From: an uncultured Clostridia bacterium
Lineage (GTDB): Bacteria > Bacillota > Clostridia > Christensenellales > UBA1242
DNA: 64,000 nt
NCBI GenBank assembly: GCA_930979925.1
Contig: CAKNIB010000006.1
Coordinates: forward strand, 1,233-65,232
Direction of reading: 5' to 3'
Positions 27,809 to 37,485 of the stretch are shown in pieces. Under the pieces are notes generated by a model. It had not been told where the DNA came from and made no database searches. It saw nothing but the letters and a program-made list of their open reading frames with translations. The stretch's first letter is position 1. Each line of letters starts with the position of its first letter. Made by a program: the position numbers and the translations under genes.

Positions 27809-28888
27809 ATGGATTTTAATGATGATTTTAAAACTTTTTTAGTATTTTTATCACAATTTGATTATACATATTCAAAGAATAACGCGATAATAGAAAGCAT
27901 GGATGGCGATTTTTCACTAAAGCATTTTTTGAAGAAAAAATTTCCAGAGAACCTACTTTCTCAAGAAAATTTTGAAAAAATGAAGGAAAAAGCGGATATT
28001 TTACGTATAAAAAATTATTATAAAAACATGCAGGACCAGGATATTGTACTTGTCACCAAGTTTGATGACAATTATCCTGCCAAGCTAAAAGACCTACCTG
28101 ACAGCCCAACTTTTCTTTTTTGTCGAGGCGATTTATCCTTATTTAATAGGGTGTCTCTTGCTGTTGTAGGTAGCAGAAAACCATCAGCGTATGGTAAATA
28201 TGCAACAGAAAAGATTGTCAAAGACGTATCAGCAGGCGGAGTAGTTATAGTCAGCGGACTTGCTTATGGCGTTGACAGCATAGCCCACAGAAAATGTCTT
28301 GAGGTAGGTGGCAAAACTATTGCGGTACTAGGCTCTGGTCTTAACGCTGTCTATCCACAAGAACATCAAGGTCTTGCAGACGAGATAGCAAGGAAGGGCT
28401 TGATGGTAAGCGAGTACACTCCATATAAACGCGCGACAAAATATTCCTTTCCACAACGCAATAGAATTATAGCTGGGCTAAGTGATGGCGTGCTTATAAC
28501 AGAGGCTAGCATAAAAAGCGGGACCCTTCACACCAAAGAGTATGCTCTAGATTATGGCAGAAATGTATACGCCGTGCCAGGCAATATAGACAGCCCGCTT
28601 AGCGAACTTACAAATGATATAATCAAAACAGGTCAAGCTCAATGCGTGACAAAAGCGGAAGACATCTTGCAAGATTTTGAGATAGATAGAAAAATTTCCG
28701 AGAAAAGCCTTCAATTATCAATAGAGGAGCAGGCTATAGTAGACCTACTCTCAGACGGCATGAAAGAGATGGACTTTCTCACAAAAAATAGCGGACTTAG
28801 TATAAATATGTTTAACAGCACTCTTACCACTCTTGAAATCAGAGGTATTATTAATAGATTGCCAGGAGGCATAATATCATTATCATAA
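27809..28888 (+). CDS. dprA: DNA processing protein DprA (Smf)
   Basis: The DprA Rossmann core is present: VVGSRKPSAYG...SGLAYGVDSIAHR...FPQRNRIIAGLS. Confidence 0.85.
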   Translation: MDFNDDFKTFLVFLSQFDYTYSKNNAIIESMDGDFSLKHFLKKKFPENLLSQENFEKMKEKADILRIKNYYKNMQDQDIVLVTKFDDNYPAKLKDLPDSPTFLFCRGDLSLFNRVSLAVVGSRKPSAYGKYATEKIVKDVSAGGVVIVSGLAYGVDSIAHRKCLEVGGKTIAVLGSGLNAVYPQEHQGLADEIARKGLMVSEYTPYKRATKYSFPQRNRIIAGLSDGVLITEASIKSGTLHTKEYALDYGRNVYAVPGNIDSPLSELTNDIIKTGQAQCVTKAEDILQDFEIDRKISEKSLQLSIEEQAIVDLLSDGMKEMDFLTKNSGLSINMFNSTLTTLEIRGIINRLPGGIISLS

Positions 28889-28910
28889 AAGCTAAAAACT
28901 GGAGGACAAA

Positions 28911-30977
28911 TTGAAGTTAGTCATAATAGAATCACCATTTAAAAGGGAAGCTCTAAAAAAGTATCTAGGTTCTGGATATGAGGTTTTTGCAACAAAAGGT
29001 CACATACGCGACTTACCGCAAAAATCTTTTGGCATAGACATAAAAGATAACTTTCAGCCAAATTATGAGATAGTTCCAGAAAAAAAAGAGCTAATCTCAG
29101 AGCTTAAAAAGAAGGCGTCTTCTGCCGAAGACGTGCTGATTGCAACCGACCCTGACCGTGAAGGTGAGGCTATTTCTTGGCACGTTGCAAATATCTTAGG
29201 TTTTCCAAAGGATAAAGTTTGCCGTATAGAGTTTAACGAAATTTCTAAAAAGGCGGTTACAAAGGCGCTTGAAAATCCTAGAAAGATTGACTTAAAACTT
29301 GTCAATGCACAGCAGGCAAGACGAGTCCTTGATAGGATTGTGGGTTATAAATTATCTCCAATACTTTGCAAAAAGATTGCACCAAAGCTTAGCGCAGGAC
29401 GTGTACAATCGGTAGCACTAAAACTTGTTGTTGACCGCGAAAAAGAGATAGAAAACTTTATCCCAGAGGAGTACTGGACAGTTAACGCACTTCTTACTAA
29501 GGATAAAAACGAGATTAAAGCAAGTTTAGCTACTTTGAATAAGAAAAAATTTGTACCTAAGAATAAAGAAGAGGTTGATAAACTCCTAAACGAGACCAAA
29601 GATAAAAAGTTTACAGTGGCAGAGGTAAAGAAAAGCAAAACAAAATCTCATGCGCCAGCGCCATTTACAACCTCAACCATGCAACAAGATGCTTTAAATA
29701 AGCTTGGCATGAGTCTTGCCCGTACAACCTCGTCAGCTCAGCAATTATATGAAGGCGTTGATATCAAAGGCGAGGGCAAAATCGCTCTTATCACATATAT
29801 AAGAACAGACTCCGTCCGCGTGTCGACCGATGCACAAAACGCCTGCCGTGCTTTTATTAAAGAAAAGTTCGGCGATGAGTTTGTACCTGAAAAGCCAAAC
29901 AATTATCATACCAAAGAGTCGGCACAAGACGCCCACGAAGCTATCAGACCAATTACTATGGATATCACTCCAGAAATGGCAAAGGAGACTTTGTCAAGCG
30001 ATAACTATAGACTATATAAACTTATCTATGAAAGGTTTTTAGCCAGCCAAATGTCAGAAGCCGAGTACTCAAATGTGTCGGTAAACTTTGACTGCGCAGG
30101 CTATGGCTTTAAAGTTACAGGAAAGACCATGGAATTTCCTGGCTACACAAAAGTCTATAAAGAATTTGTGGAAGAGGAAAACAAAGAAGGCATGGCAGGA
30201 AAACTTCCAAAACTTGAGGAGGGGGAAGAGCTTGACTGCAAACAGATTATTCCAGAGCAAAAGTTTACCAAGCCTCCAGTTAGGTACACTGAAGCCAGCC
30301 TTGTAAAAGCAATGGAAGAAAAGGGGATTGGCAGACCTGCTACCTACGCTGCAACCATCACTGTACTTACAAGCAGGAATTATACCGAAAAAGAGGGGCG
30401 CTATCTTCACCCAACCGAGCTTGGCAGAAAGGTTACCACCTATCTTGAAAAGTTCTTTAGCGGAGTAATAAATGTCAAGTTTACCGCTCATATGGAACAG
30501 CGCCTTGATGACATTGCAAATAAAGATGAAGATTGGCACAACGTAGTATCGAACTTTTGGAACGGCTTTGAAAAACTTCTTGGCAATGCAGATGCAAGCT
30601 CACTTACCATGAAAGAACCGCCAAAAGAGACAGACATAATCTGTGATAAATGCGGAGGCAAAATGGTCATCCGTAATGGCAGATTTGGTGAGTTTTTAGC
30701 CTGCTCAAACTTCCCAAAATGTAAAAACACAAAGCCAATTGAAGAAAAAGTTAAAAAAGCAGGAACATGTCCTGAGTGTGGCTCTCAAATGGTAGAGCGC
30801 AAGAGTAAAAAGGGTAAAATATTTTACTCTTGTGAAAGGTACCCAGACTGCAAGTTTATGAGCTGGGATATTCCAACCGGCAAAAAGTGTCCAAAATGTC
30901 AAAGCGCCCTTGTGATTAAGGGTAAGCAGATTAAGTGCTCAAATGGGGAGTGCGACTACACCGAAGAGCAAAATTAA
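28911..30977 (+). CDS. topA: DNA topoisomerase I
   Basis: It starts with TTG after the SD GGAGGA. The Toprim domain (IIESPFK...DPDREGE) and the active-site region YIRTDS are present, along with three C-terminal CxxC...CxxC zinc ribbons. Confidence 0.95.
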   Translation: MKLVIIESPFKREALKKYLGSGYEVFATKGHIRDLPQKSFGIDIKDNFQPNYEIVPEKKELISELKKKASSAEDVLIATDPDREGEAISWHVANILGFPKDKVCRIEFNEISKKAVTKALENPRKIDLKLVNAQQARRVLDRIVGYKLSPILCKKIAPKLSAGRVQSVALKLVVDREKEIENFIPEEYWTVNALLTKDKNEIKASLATLNKKKFVPKNKEEVDKLLNETKDKKFTVAEVKKSKTKSHAPAPFTTSTMQQDALNKLGMSLARTTSSAQQLYEGVDIKGEGKIALITYIRTDSVRVSTDAQNACRAFIKEKFGDEFVPEKPNNYHTKESAQDAHEAIRPITMDITPEMAKETLSSDNYRLYKLIYERFLASQMSEAEYSNVSVNFDCAGYGFKVTGKTMEFPGYTKVYKEFVEEENKEGMAGKLPKLEEGEELDCKQIIPEQKFTKPPVRYTEASLVKAMEEKGIGRPATYAATITVLTSRNYTEKEGRYLHPTELGRKVTTYLEKFFSGVINVKFTAHMEQRLDDIANKDEDWHNVVSNFWNGFEKLLGNADASSLTMKEPPKETDIICDKCGGKMVIRNGRFGEFLACSNFPKCKNTKPIEEKVKKAGTCPECGSQMVERKSKKGKIFYSCERYPDCKFMSWDIPTGKKCPKCQSALVIKGKQIKCSNGECDYTEEQN

Positions 30978-30989
30978 AAGTGAATTTAA

Positions 30990-31021
30990 AAGGTTATAGT
31001 TTCATGCTATAACTTTTTTTC
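30990..31021 (+). terminator. Rho-independent terminator after topA
   Basis: The stem is GTTATAG/CTATAAC, followed by TTTTTTT. Confidence 0.7.
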
Positions 31022-31235
31022 TATAATTTTAACAAAAAGATTGAAATTTTGTTAATTTAATTATGATTTTTTATACTTTTTTGCTAAAATAAATATGTAA
31101 AGTGTCAAAACTAGACAAACTTAGAGCTTTTTCGTGTTACCTAAGTGCTCTAACAAATTTGTAATAATTCGATTTTATTTTATACTTAAAAAAGGGCGAT
31201 AAAGGGGTCATACTTTAAAGCCAAAAGAGGAGCTT

Positions 31236-32429
31236 ATGAATTATTATAACAAAGTTGTAAATGTAATAGGTTGTGGATATGCCGGCATAGAATGCGCACT
31301 ATTCCTTTCAGGGCATGGGGTAAAAGTGCATATGTTTGATGCAGGCTTAAGTTACAGTTGCAACTGCAAAAAATGTACAGGGCAGGAGCGCACGTTTGAG
31401 GAGGAGCTTTTAAAAGAAGAGCTTAAGCTTTTAGGCTCTCCACTTATCAAAGAGGAAGAAAACTTGACAAAAGCAGGGCTTGAAAACTGCATTGCTTGCG
31501 AGCTTTTAACGGCAGGCAAGGAACTTGTCAAGAAAGATAAAAACATACAACTTTTTGAAGCTTGCTTGTCAGAGCTTAATCCCAAAGAGATTAACGTGAT
31601 AGCAACAGGCTCACACACAGATGAGAAAATGTTTGACTTTTTGATGAGAAAGTTTGGCTCTATGCGATGCTTTAACCATATGTATAAGTATCCGCTGGTG
31701 GATGGCGTGAGGGAAGGCGAACTTTACTCAAAAGGCGAGGAGTACTACCTGCCACTCAGTTACGACCAATATTTGACCTTTGTCAACACTATAATAAAGG
31801 TGTTAAATAGGCTAGATATTAGTTTTAATAAGTTTTGCCCAAACACCATGGAAGAGCTGGCATGCAAAGGCAAAGATTGTCTTAAGAATCATGCCATGAT
31901 GCCGGTATATCTAGAATGCAAAAGACCTTATGCCGTTTTAAGATTACATAAAGAGGCAAAAGGTTACCGCCTAGAAGGCTTGTCATCTCAGCTTGACAGG
32001 GCAAGTCAACTTGAGATTATAAGAAGTATAAACGGGCTAGAGGGCGCCGAGCTTATAGAAAGTGGAGATGTGACTGACAGCGTGCATTTAAACTCAAAGT
32101 ATGTGGTAAATGAGTTTAACCAGGCACAAAAGGATGAAAACATTTTTTTCGCAGGCTCTTTACTTGGCGCGGAGGGCGTTATAGATTGTATTGCAAGCGG
32201 ACTTTATACTGCAATGAATGTAAATAAATACATAAAAGATTTGCCAATGCTTACTCTTCCAAAGTCAAGCTTGATAGGAAGACATATGGAGAAATTCAGC
32301 TCCAGTGCAAAGGAGGGCTTTGGCGGTTTAGATATTCTAGATTTGTCAAATGCAGGCGATCGCGCCAAAAGGTCATTTGAAAGTTTAGAGAAATTTAAGG
32401 AGGAATATATTTATGGAAAGTATGTTTAG
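31236..32429 (+). CDS. Divergent TrmFO/Gid-like FAD-dependent protein
   Basis: It occupies the TrmFO position (topA-trmFO-hslVU). Conserved blocks match what I recall of B. subtilis TrmFO: [44 protein letters not shown]. The ELVCSNSLR and HRNTF regions are not recognisable. Confidence 0.5.
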   Translation: MNYYNKVVNVIGCGYAGIECALFLSGHGVKVHMFDAGLSYSCNCKKCTGQERTFEEELLKEELKLLGSPLIKEEENLTKAGLENCIACELLTAGKELVKKDKNIQLFEACLSELNPKEINVIATGSHTDEKMFDFLMRKFGSMRCFNHMYKYPLVDGVREGELYSKGEEYYLPLSYDQYLTFVNTIIKVLNRLDISFNKFCPNTMEELACKGKDCLKNHAMMPVYLECKRPYAVLRLHKEAKGYRLEGLSSQLDRASQLEIIRSINGLEGAELIESGDVTDSVHLNSKYVVNEFNQAQKDENIFFAGSLLGAEGVIDCIASGLYTAMNVNKYIKDLPMLTLPKSSLIGRHMEKFSSSAKEGFGGLDILDLSNAGDRAKRSFESLEKFKEEYIYGKYV

Positions 32430-32952
32430 GGGTACCACCATCTGCGGTGTCAAAAGAGACGGAAAGATTGCCATCGCAGGAGATGGACAGGTTACCATGT
32501 CAGAAAGTGTGATATTTAAATCAAATGCACACAAGGTTAGAAGGATATATAATGATAAGGTCGTGATAGGCTTTGCAGGTTCTGTTGCAGACGCTTTTTC
32601 ACTTTGCGAGCGATTTGAGAATATGCTCAACAAGTTTTCAGGCAACCTTATGCGAAGTGCTGTCGAGCTTGCAGGTACTTGGCGGGAAGACAAGGCGGCA
32701 AGACAGCTTAACGCCATGATGATAGTTGCCGACAAAGAAAAACTCTTGATTGTTAGCGGAACAGGTGAGGTTATCGAGCCAGATGACGATGTTTGTGCAA
32801 TCGGCTCAGGCGGAAATTACGCTCTTGCAGCTGCAAAGGCGCTCAAACAAAACACCAAACTTTCTGCCAAAGAGATTGCAAAGAAGGCACTTGAAATTGC
32901 CGGTCAAATTTGCGTATTTACAAATGACCATATCACGGTAGAGGAGGTTTAA
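32413..32952 (+). CDS. hslV: ATP-dependent protease subunit HslV (ClpQ)
   Basis: The N-terminus reads [22 protein letters not shown], consistent with an N-terminal nucleophile hydrolase. The SD is AAGGAGGAA. Confidence 0.9.
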   Translation: MESMFRGTTICGVKRDGKIAIAGDGQVTMSESVIFKSNAHKVRRIYNDKVVIGFAGSVADAFSLCERFENMLNKFSGNLMRSAVELAGTWREDKAARQLNAMMIVADKEKLLIVSGTGEVIEPDDDVCAIGSGGNYALAAAKALKQNTKLSAKEIAKKALEIAGQICVFTNDHITVEEV

Positions 32953-32953
32953 T

Positions 32954-34249
32954 ATGGATTTAACACCAAGACAGATAGTTGAAGAGCTTGATAAATACAT
33001 AATCGGACAGTCAAGGGCAAAACGAGCGGTTGCTATTGCTCTTCGAAATAGATACAGACGAAGCAGATTGCCAAAAGAGCTTCGCGAGGAAATTACTCCA
33101 AAAAATATTATCATGCGCGGACCAACCGGTGTTGGTAAAACAGAGATTGCAAGAAGACTTGCCAAGCTCGTTGGCGCTCCATTTATAAAGATTGAGGCAA
33201 CAAAGTATACCGAGGTCGGCTATGTAGGTCGTGACGTTGAAAGCATGATACGTGACCTTGTAGAAGTCGCCGTTCGTATGGTAAAGGACGAAAAGTCTCA
33301 TGAAATTGAGGCAAAAGTAAGACCAATAGTTGAAAGCAAACTTATTGATGCCATCTGCGATACAAGAAGGGCAGCTGATATGCAGGTTGATAAAACTACG
33401 GTCAGCGAGGACTTAAAGGCAGGCAAACTTGAAGAAGAGCAGATTGACGTCTACGTCCTTGATTCGCCAAAACCAATGGTGTCAGTCGGCGGACCAGAAA
33501 TAAATATAGGCTCGGTATTTGACGGACTTCTTCCACAAAAACACAAGAAACGCAGAATGAGCGTTATGCGCGCACGTGAAATTCTCACTGCTGAAGAATG
33601 CGACAGAATTATTGATAAAGACAATGTCTACGCAGAGGCTATTCGCAGAACAGAAGAAGAGGGTATTATCTTTATTGATGAGATAGATAAGATTATCGGC
33701 AAAGCAGGAGGCTCAAACAATCAAGACGTATCGCGTGAAGGCGTGCAAAGAGATATCTTGCCTATCGTAGAAGGTAGCACAGTTGCCACAAAATATGGCA
33801 ATGTAAAAACTGACTTTATTTTGTTTATCGCATCAGGCGCCTTCCATGTCTCAAATATTGAGGATATGATACCAGAGCTCCAAGGACGCTTCCCAATCAG
33901 AGTAGACCTTGATAACCTTACAAAAGAGGACTTCAAACGTATCCTTTCTGAGCCTAAGAACTCAGTTACACTGCAATATGCAAGTATTTTAAAGGTTGAT
34001 AATATTGAACTTAAGTTTACCGACGACGCTCTTGACGAAATAGCCGAGATGGCAGCAACTGAGAATGAAACCAGCGAAAATATAGGCGCTCGTAGGCTTC
34101 ATACTATTATGGAGAGCCTTCTTGAAGATATCTCCTTTAACGCGTCAAGCGAGCTCCCTCTTACAACGGTAAACATAGATAGAGCCTATGTTCAAAACGC
34201 TTTCAAAGAGACCAAGAAAAAGTTTGACCTTAAAAAGTATATCTTGTAA
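32954..34249 (+). CDS. hslU: ATP-dependent protease ATPase subunit HslU (ClpY)
   Basis: The motifs PRQIVEELDKYIIGQ, GPTGVGKTEIARRLA and IIFIDEIDKI are present. Confidence 0.95.
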   Translation: MDLTPRQIVEELDKYIIGQSRAKRAVAIALRNRYRRSRLPKELREEITPKNIIMRGPTGVGKTEIARRLAKLVGAPFIKIEATKYTEVGYVGRDVESMIRDLVEVAVRMVKDEKSHEIEAKVRPIVESKLIDAICDTRRAADMQVDKTTVSEDLKAGKLEEEQIDVYVLDSPKPMVSVGGPEINIGSVFDGLLPQKHKKRRMSVMRAREILTAEECDRIIDKDNVYAEAIRRTEEEGIIFIDEIDKIIGKAGGSNNQDVSREGVQRDILPIVEGSTVATKYGNVKTDFILFIASGAFHVSNIEDMIPELQGRFPIRVDLDNLTKEDFKRILSEPKNSVTLQYASILKVDNIELKFTDDALDEIAEMAATENETSENIGARRLHTIMESLLEDISFNASSELPLTTVNIDRAYVQNAFKETKKKFDLKKYIL

Positions 34250-34270
34250 ACCTATTATAAAAGGATAAAT

Positions 34271-34948
34271 ATGGATAAATCGCGCACCCAAGCTTTAATA
34301 GGCAAAAATAATGTTGAAAAAATAGCATTTAAACGCGTCACAATTGTAGGCGTTGGTGGCGTTGGCGGTTACGTGGCAACCTTACTTGCAAGGGCGGGCG
34401 TTGAAAAAATTCGGATAATTGACTTTGACACCGTCTCACCAAGCAACTTCAACCGCCAAGTAGTTGCGGTTAAGGGTAATGAAGGTAGACTTAAGGTTGA
34501 AGCTTTAAAAGATATCCTTCTTTCAATAAATGAGGATATTGAGGTTGACTCAGTACCCCAAAAACTAGATAAGGACAACGTTTCTAGTTTACTTGAGAAT
34601 AGTGACATCGTAGTAGACGCAATAGATATAGTAAAAGATAAGGTCGCACTTATAATTTACTGCAAAAAGCATAATATAAATGTAATCTCGGCAATGGGCG
34701 CGGGCAATAGATATGACCAACCAAATTTTTACCTTACAGATATATACAAAACTCATGATGACGGACTTGCAAAGGTTATTAGAAAGGCTCTGCGCGAAGA
34801 GGGAGTAAAAAACCTTGATGTTGTCACTTGTGACTCAAAACCAGAGAAGGTAGAAGGCGTAATTGGTAGTATTAGCTATTATCCAGCAGTCTGCGGGGCA
34901 GTTATAGCTTCAGCAGTTGTCAATAAAATCATAAAGGAGGAGATATGA
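34271..34948 (+). CDS. tcdA: ThiF/MoeB-family protein, TcdA-like tRNA t6A dehydratase
   Basis: It carries the nucleotide-binding loop VGVGGVGG followed by DFDTVSPSNFNRQ. The length of 225 aa fits the short TcdA-type. Confidence 0.65.
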   Translation: MDKSRTQALIGKNNVEKIAFKRVTIVGVGGVGGYVATLLARAGVEKIRIIDFDTVSPSNFNRQVVAVKGNEGRLKVEALKDILLSINEDIEVDSVPQKLDKDNVSSLLENSDIVVDAIDIVKDKVALIIYCKKHNINVISAMGAGNRYDQPNFYLTDIYKTHDDGLAKVIRKALREEGVKNLDVVTCDSKPEKVEGVIGSISYYPAVCGAVIASAVVNKIIKEEI

Positions 34949-35253
34949 AGATAGTAAAAGAAAACGAGTTTAAAGAGGAGACTGGCTCAGGCGTCGTTTT
35001 AGTTGACTTTTTTGCCACATGGTGTATGCCATGTCGAATGATGGCACAGATACTTGAGGACGTAGCAGAAGAACTTGCAGGTAAGGCAAAGATTATAAAA
35101 GTTGATGTTGACGAGAGCCCAAACCTTGCAAAACAGTTTGGCGTTATGTCCATACCAACACTTGTTATCTTTAAAGACGGAGCAGAGCAAGAAAAACACA
35201 TTGGCGTATGGCAATACGAAGACTGCACCGACGCAATAAAGAAGTATCTATAA
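34945..35253 (+). CDS. trxA: Thioredoxin
   Basis: The protein is 102 aa with the active site WCMPC and the motif MSIPTLVIFKDG. Confidence 0.9.
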   Translation: MKIVKENEFKEETGSGVVLVDFFATWCMPCRMMAQILEDVAEELAGKAKIIKVDVDESPNLAKQFGVMSIPTLVIFKDGAEQEKHIGVWQYEDCTDAIKKYL

Positions 35254-35255
35254 TG

Positions 35256-35288
35256 AAAAAACAGCAGATTATTTTTCTGCTGTTTTTA
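35256..35288 (+). terminator. Rho-independent terminator after trxA
   Basis: The stem is AAAACAGCAGA/TCTGCTGTTTT. Confidence 0.75.
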
Positions 35289-35314
35289 AATATTAATATT
35301 GTTTATCCAAAAGA

Positions 35315-35343
35315 TCAAAAAAGGTAGACGTTTTTGTCTACCT
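35315..35343 (-). terminator. Rho-independent terminator of the SRP RNA gene
   Basis: The stem is GGTAGAC/GTCTACC, with TTTTTT on the minus strand. Confidence 0.7.
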
Positions 35344-35354
35344 TCTATTTTTCT

Positions 35355-35628
35355 AAGGCCGAGAACTTGGTTCGATAAGATTTCACCAACTGCCTTGCAA
35401 ACTTTAAGCTCCACCAAAGCTACCTTATGGCACACCAAAGTGTCTCCTTAATGATGCTGCCGTCAGGCTCTGACATGGTTCAAAGATTTTGATTGCATAA
35501 GACCTTGATTTCATCACCTAAAGAATGCACACATATTTGACAAAATCAAACCTCTCGCAAGCGTTCAATCCCACTATAGCGGATTGTGGGTTACAGCGCA
35601 CCGCTAACTCGCCATCTATCTCGGTCTT
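35355..35628 (-). ncRNA. ffs: Large (Bacillus-type, Alu-domain-containing) signal recognition particle RNA
   Basis: On the minus strand the Alu-domain block reads GUUAGCGGUGCGCUGUAACCCACAAUCCGCUAUAGUGGG. The helix-8 block reads GAACCAUGUCAGAGCCUGACGGCAGCAUCAUUAAGG. Both parallel the B. subtilis scRNA as I recall it (..AGCGGUGCCCUGUA..CAAUCCGCUCUAG.. and GAACCAUGUCAGGUCCGGAAGGAAGCAGCAUUAAG). The 5'/3' terminal helix is AAGACCGAGA/UCUCGGCCUU. The gene has its own promoter and terminator. The ends are accurate to about 5 nt. Confidence 0.8.
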
Positions 35629-35631
35629 AAT

Positions 35632-35660
35632 ATTGTAGCATAAAAGATTTTATTTTGCAA
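35632..35660 (-). promoter_or_regulatory. Promoter of the SRP RNA (TTGCAA-17-TACAAT)
   Basis: On the minus strand TTGCAA corresponds to 35660-35655, followed by a 17-nt spacer and TACAAT at 35637-35632. Confidence 0.6.
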
Positions 35661-35826
35661 TAATTTTAAAGCAATTAATTAGAAACCTTTCAATTTATTT
35701 TTCTATAATTTGTTGTAAATTTTAAAAATTTTAGATAAAAATAGATAATTTTATAATAAAATAGCTAGTTTATTATGAAAATAAATCAAATTATGTTATT
35801 ATAAAAAGGTATATAGCGGAGAAAAT

Positions 35827-36558
35827 ATGGAAAAAGACTTTAAAAACAGTAACGCAAAACGTTTCTTAAATGCTTATAATAATATTGATTATGCATTAAA
35901 AACAAGATACAACTTAAATAGGGCAATGGGCTTTTCAGATCTTATTAGAAAATCAGTTGTAATGAATTACGTTGTAAGAAAATATGAGGATGAGCTTATA
36001 GATTACGGGAGGCTTCGCAATGCCATCATACACAACAATAACGAAAATTTTGTTATCGCCGAGCCTCATGATAGCGTAGTTGAGGACATAGAGCGTATAG
36101 AAAAACTCCTCACAACACCGCCTAAAGCGATGGACACAGTCGCCAATAAAAAGGTGCTAGTAACCTATGCTGGTAAAAGCATGAGAGAGGTTATAACTCT
36201 TATGGCGTCATCAAATTATAGCAATATCCCAGTTTACCGAGATGACACTTTAATTGGCGTGGCAAACGGTCAAAAAATACTTAACTCTTTTGGTCAATAT
36301 CTTTTGTCAGGAGGAAAATGTTCATCATTTTTAGATAATGTTCAAATAGAGGACATGCTTTCAACCTTGCAAAATAGCAATTACTATGTGGTCAAAAAAG
36401 CGGACTGTACAATTGAAGAGGCACTAAACGAGTTTGATAGAAATCACAAATTACTTGCCATTTTATTTACTAAAAATGGGCGTGATAGTGAAATGCCACT
36501 AGGCATTATGACAGGCGCAAACGTTGTTGAAGCTCAAAGAATTCTTGAAGAGTATTGA
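35827..36558 (+). CDS. Fusion protein: N-terminal HEPN-like (RNxxxH) module plus a C-terminal CBS pair
   Basis: The protein is 243 aa. The N-terminal ~95 aa are alpha-helical in character and end in YGRLRNAIIH (36010-36033). The C-terminal ~140 aa carry two CBS-like repeats (...YSNIPVYRDDTLIGVANG... and ...LLAILFTKNGRDSEMPLGIMTG...). Confidence 0.5.
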   Translation: MEKDFKNSNAKRFLNAYNNIDYALKTRYNLNRAMGFSDLIRKSVVMNYVVRKYEDELIDYGRLRNAIIHNNNENFVIAEPHDSVVEDIERIEKLLTTPPKAMDTVANKKVLVTYAGKSMREVITLMASSNYSNIPVYRDDTLIGVANGQKILNSFGQYLLSGGKCSSFLDNVQIEDMLSTLQNSNYYVVKKADCTIEEALNEFDRNHKLLAILFTKNGRDSEMPLGIMTGANVVEAQRILEEY

Positions 36559-36608
36559 CATTTATGCATTATTATGGTATAATAGCTTTATCATAAGAGA
36601 GGTGTTAT

Positions 36609-37073
36609 ATGAAACGTCACGCAAAAGAGGTTATTGATGCAACTTTAAAAATTACAGCTGGCATTGCTTTGCCACTAGGGCTTGCATCAATGATTACAGG
36701 TTTTGCCGTTGCAAATTCGACTGATTATTGGCAAGCAAATAAACCGGATAACGAGGCAACTGCACAAGCCGTCCAAACTGTAGAAGACAAAGAAGTCGCC
36801 GGCGACCTTAAAGTAAAGTTTCAAAATGGTGATATAACTTATATGGAGTATAAAAACGAACTTGAGAAAATCAAACCACAAGCTGAGGTTCATCAAGAGA
36901 TAATTAACAGCGTTTCAGATGGTACTGTTAAGGTTGAATATTCCGATGAAAATGTATATCAAATAGGTCGTGCAATAGGATTTGCAGGAGTGGGACTCGT
37001 AGCATTAAGCATGGTCACTGGCGGAATATCACTATTTGTTGAAGATGAATCTGATATTGTTGATAATATGTAA
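36609..37073 (+). CDS. Hypothetical two-TM membrane protein
   Basis: Hydrophobic segments are present near both termini (ITAGIALPLGLASMITGFAVA and AIGFAGVGLVALSMVTGGISLFV). It has its own TGgTATAAT promoter-like element and the SD AGAGAGGTG. Confidence 0.5.
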   Translation: MKRHAKEVIDATLKITAGIALPLGLASMITGFAVANSTDYWQANKPDNEATAQAVQTVEDKEVAGDLKVKFQNGDITYMEYKNELEKIKPQAEVHQEIINSVSDGTVKVEYSDENVYQIGRAIGFAGVGLVALSMVTGGISLFVEDESDIVDNM

Positions 37074-37101
37074 AAGGAGCTTTGGACTTGCTCCTTTTTT
37101 T
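37072..37101 (+). terminator. Rho-independent terminator
   Basis: The stem is AAAAGGAGC/GCTCCTTTT, followed by a T-run. Confidence 0.75.
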
Positions 37102-37214
37102 GTATGATAAAAAGGAAAAGACAGTAAATCACAATTTTAACACCATATAGTTTGTAATTATCCTTATTTTAATTGACAAATTAGGATAAATGATATAAAA
37201 TACTATTAAATTTA

Positions 37215-37456
37215 AAAAACGTTGATGAAAGACAAGGTTTTTATGTGATGTCTCACAGAGAGTTGCCAGTTTGGTGAAAGGTAATAGAATAGCATAAAAA
37301 TTATCACTTTCGGAGTTGCAACTGCCAAAAGCTTTGCCTGCTTAGTAGTTGTTGCCGGGACTTCCCGTTATAGAAGAGGCGGGTGCTAGCCTGCTACAAT
37401 AAGCTTACAAGTGGTATAAGCCCCATTAGGTTCTTGTAACTTAATGGGGATTTTTA
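37215..37456 (+). promoter_or_regulatory. T-box riboswitch leader (Ile specifier) controlling ileS
   Basis: Stem I has a GA/K-turn (GTTGATGAAAG), the AGAGAG box at 37257-37262 and a distal GGTGAAAG at 37273-37280. The candidate specifier is ATC-A at 37303-37306. The F-box CCGTTA lies at 37365-37370 and the T-box core GTGGTA at 37411-37416. The terminator CCCCATTA/TAATGGGG plus T-run spans 37421-37455. Confidence 0.8.
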
Positions 37457-37485
37457 AAGTCAAAACACTTAAAAAGGAGAGTAAA

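Noticed and set aside
35340-35640. GC-richer non-coding block considered as tmRNA, RNase P RNA or 6S RNA
   Set aside because: It has no GAGGAAAGUCC-type RNase P core, and no tRNA-like 3' end or tag ORF. The minus strand instead matches the SRP RNA Alu-domain and helix-8 blocks, so it is called ffs.
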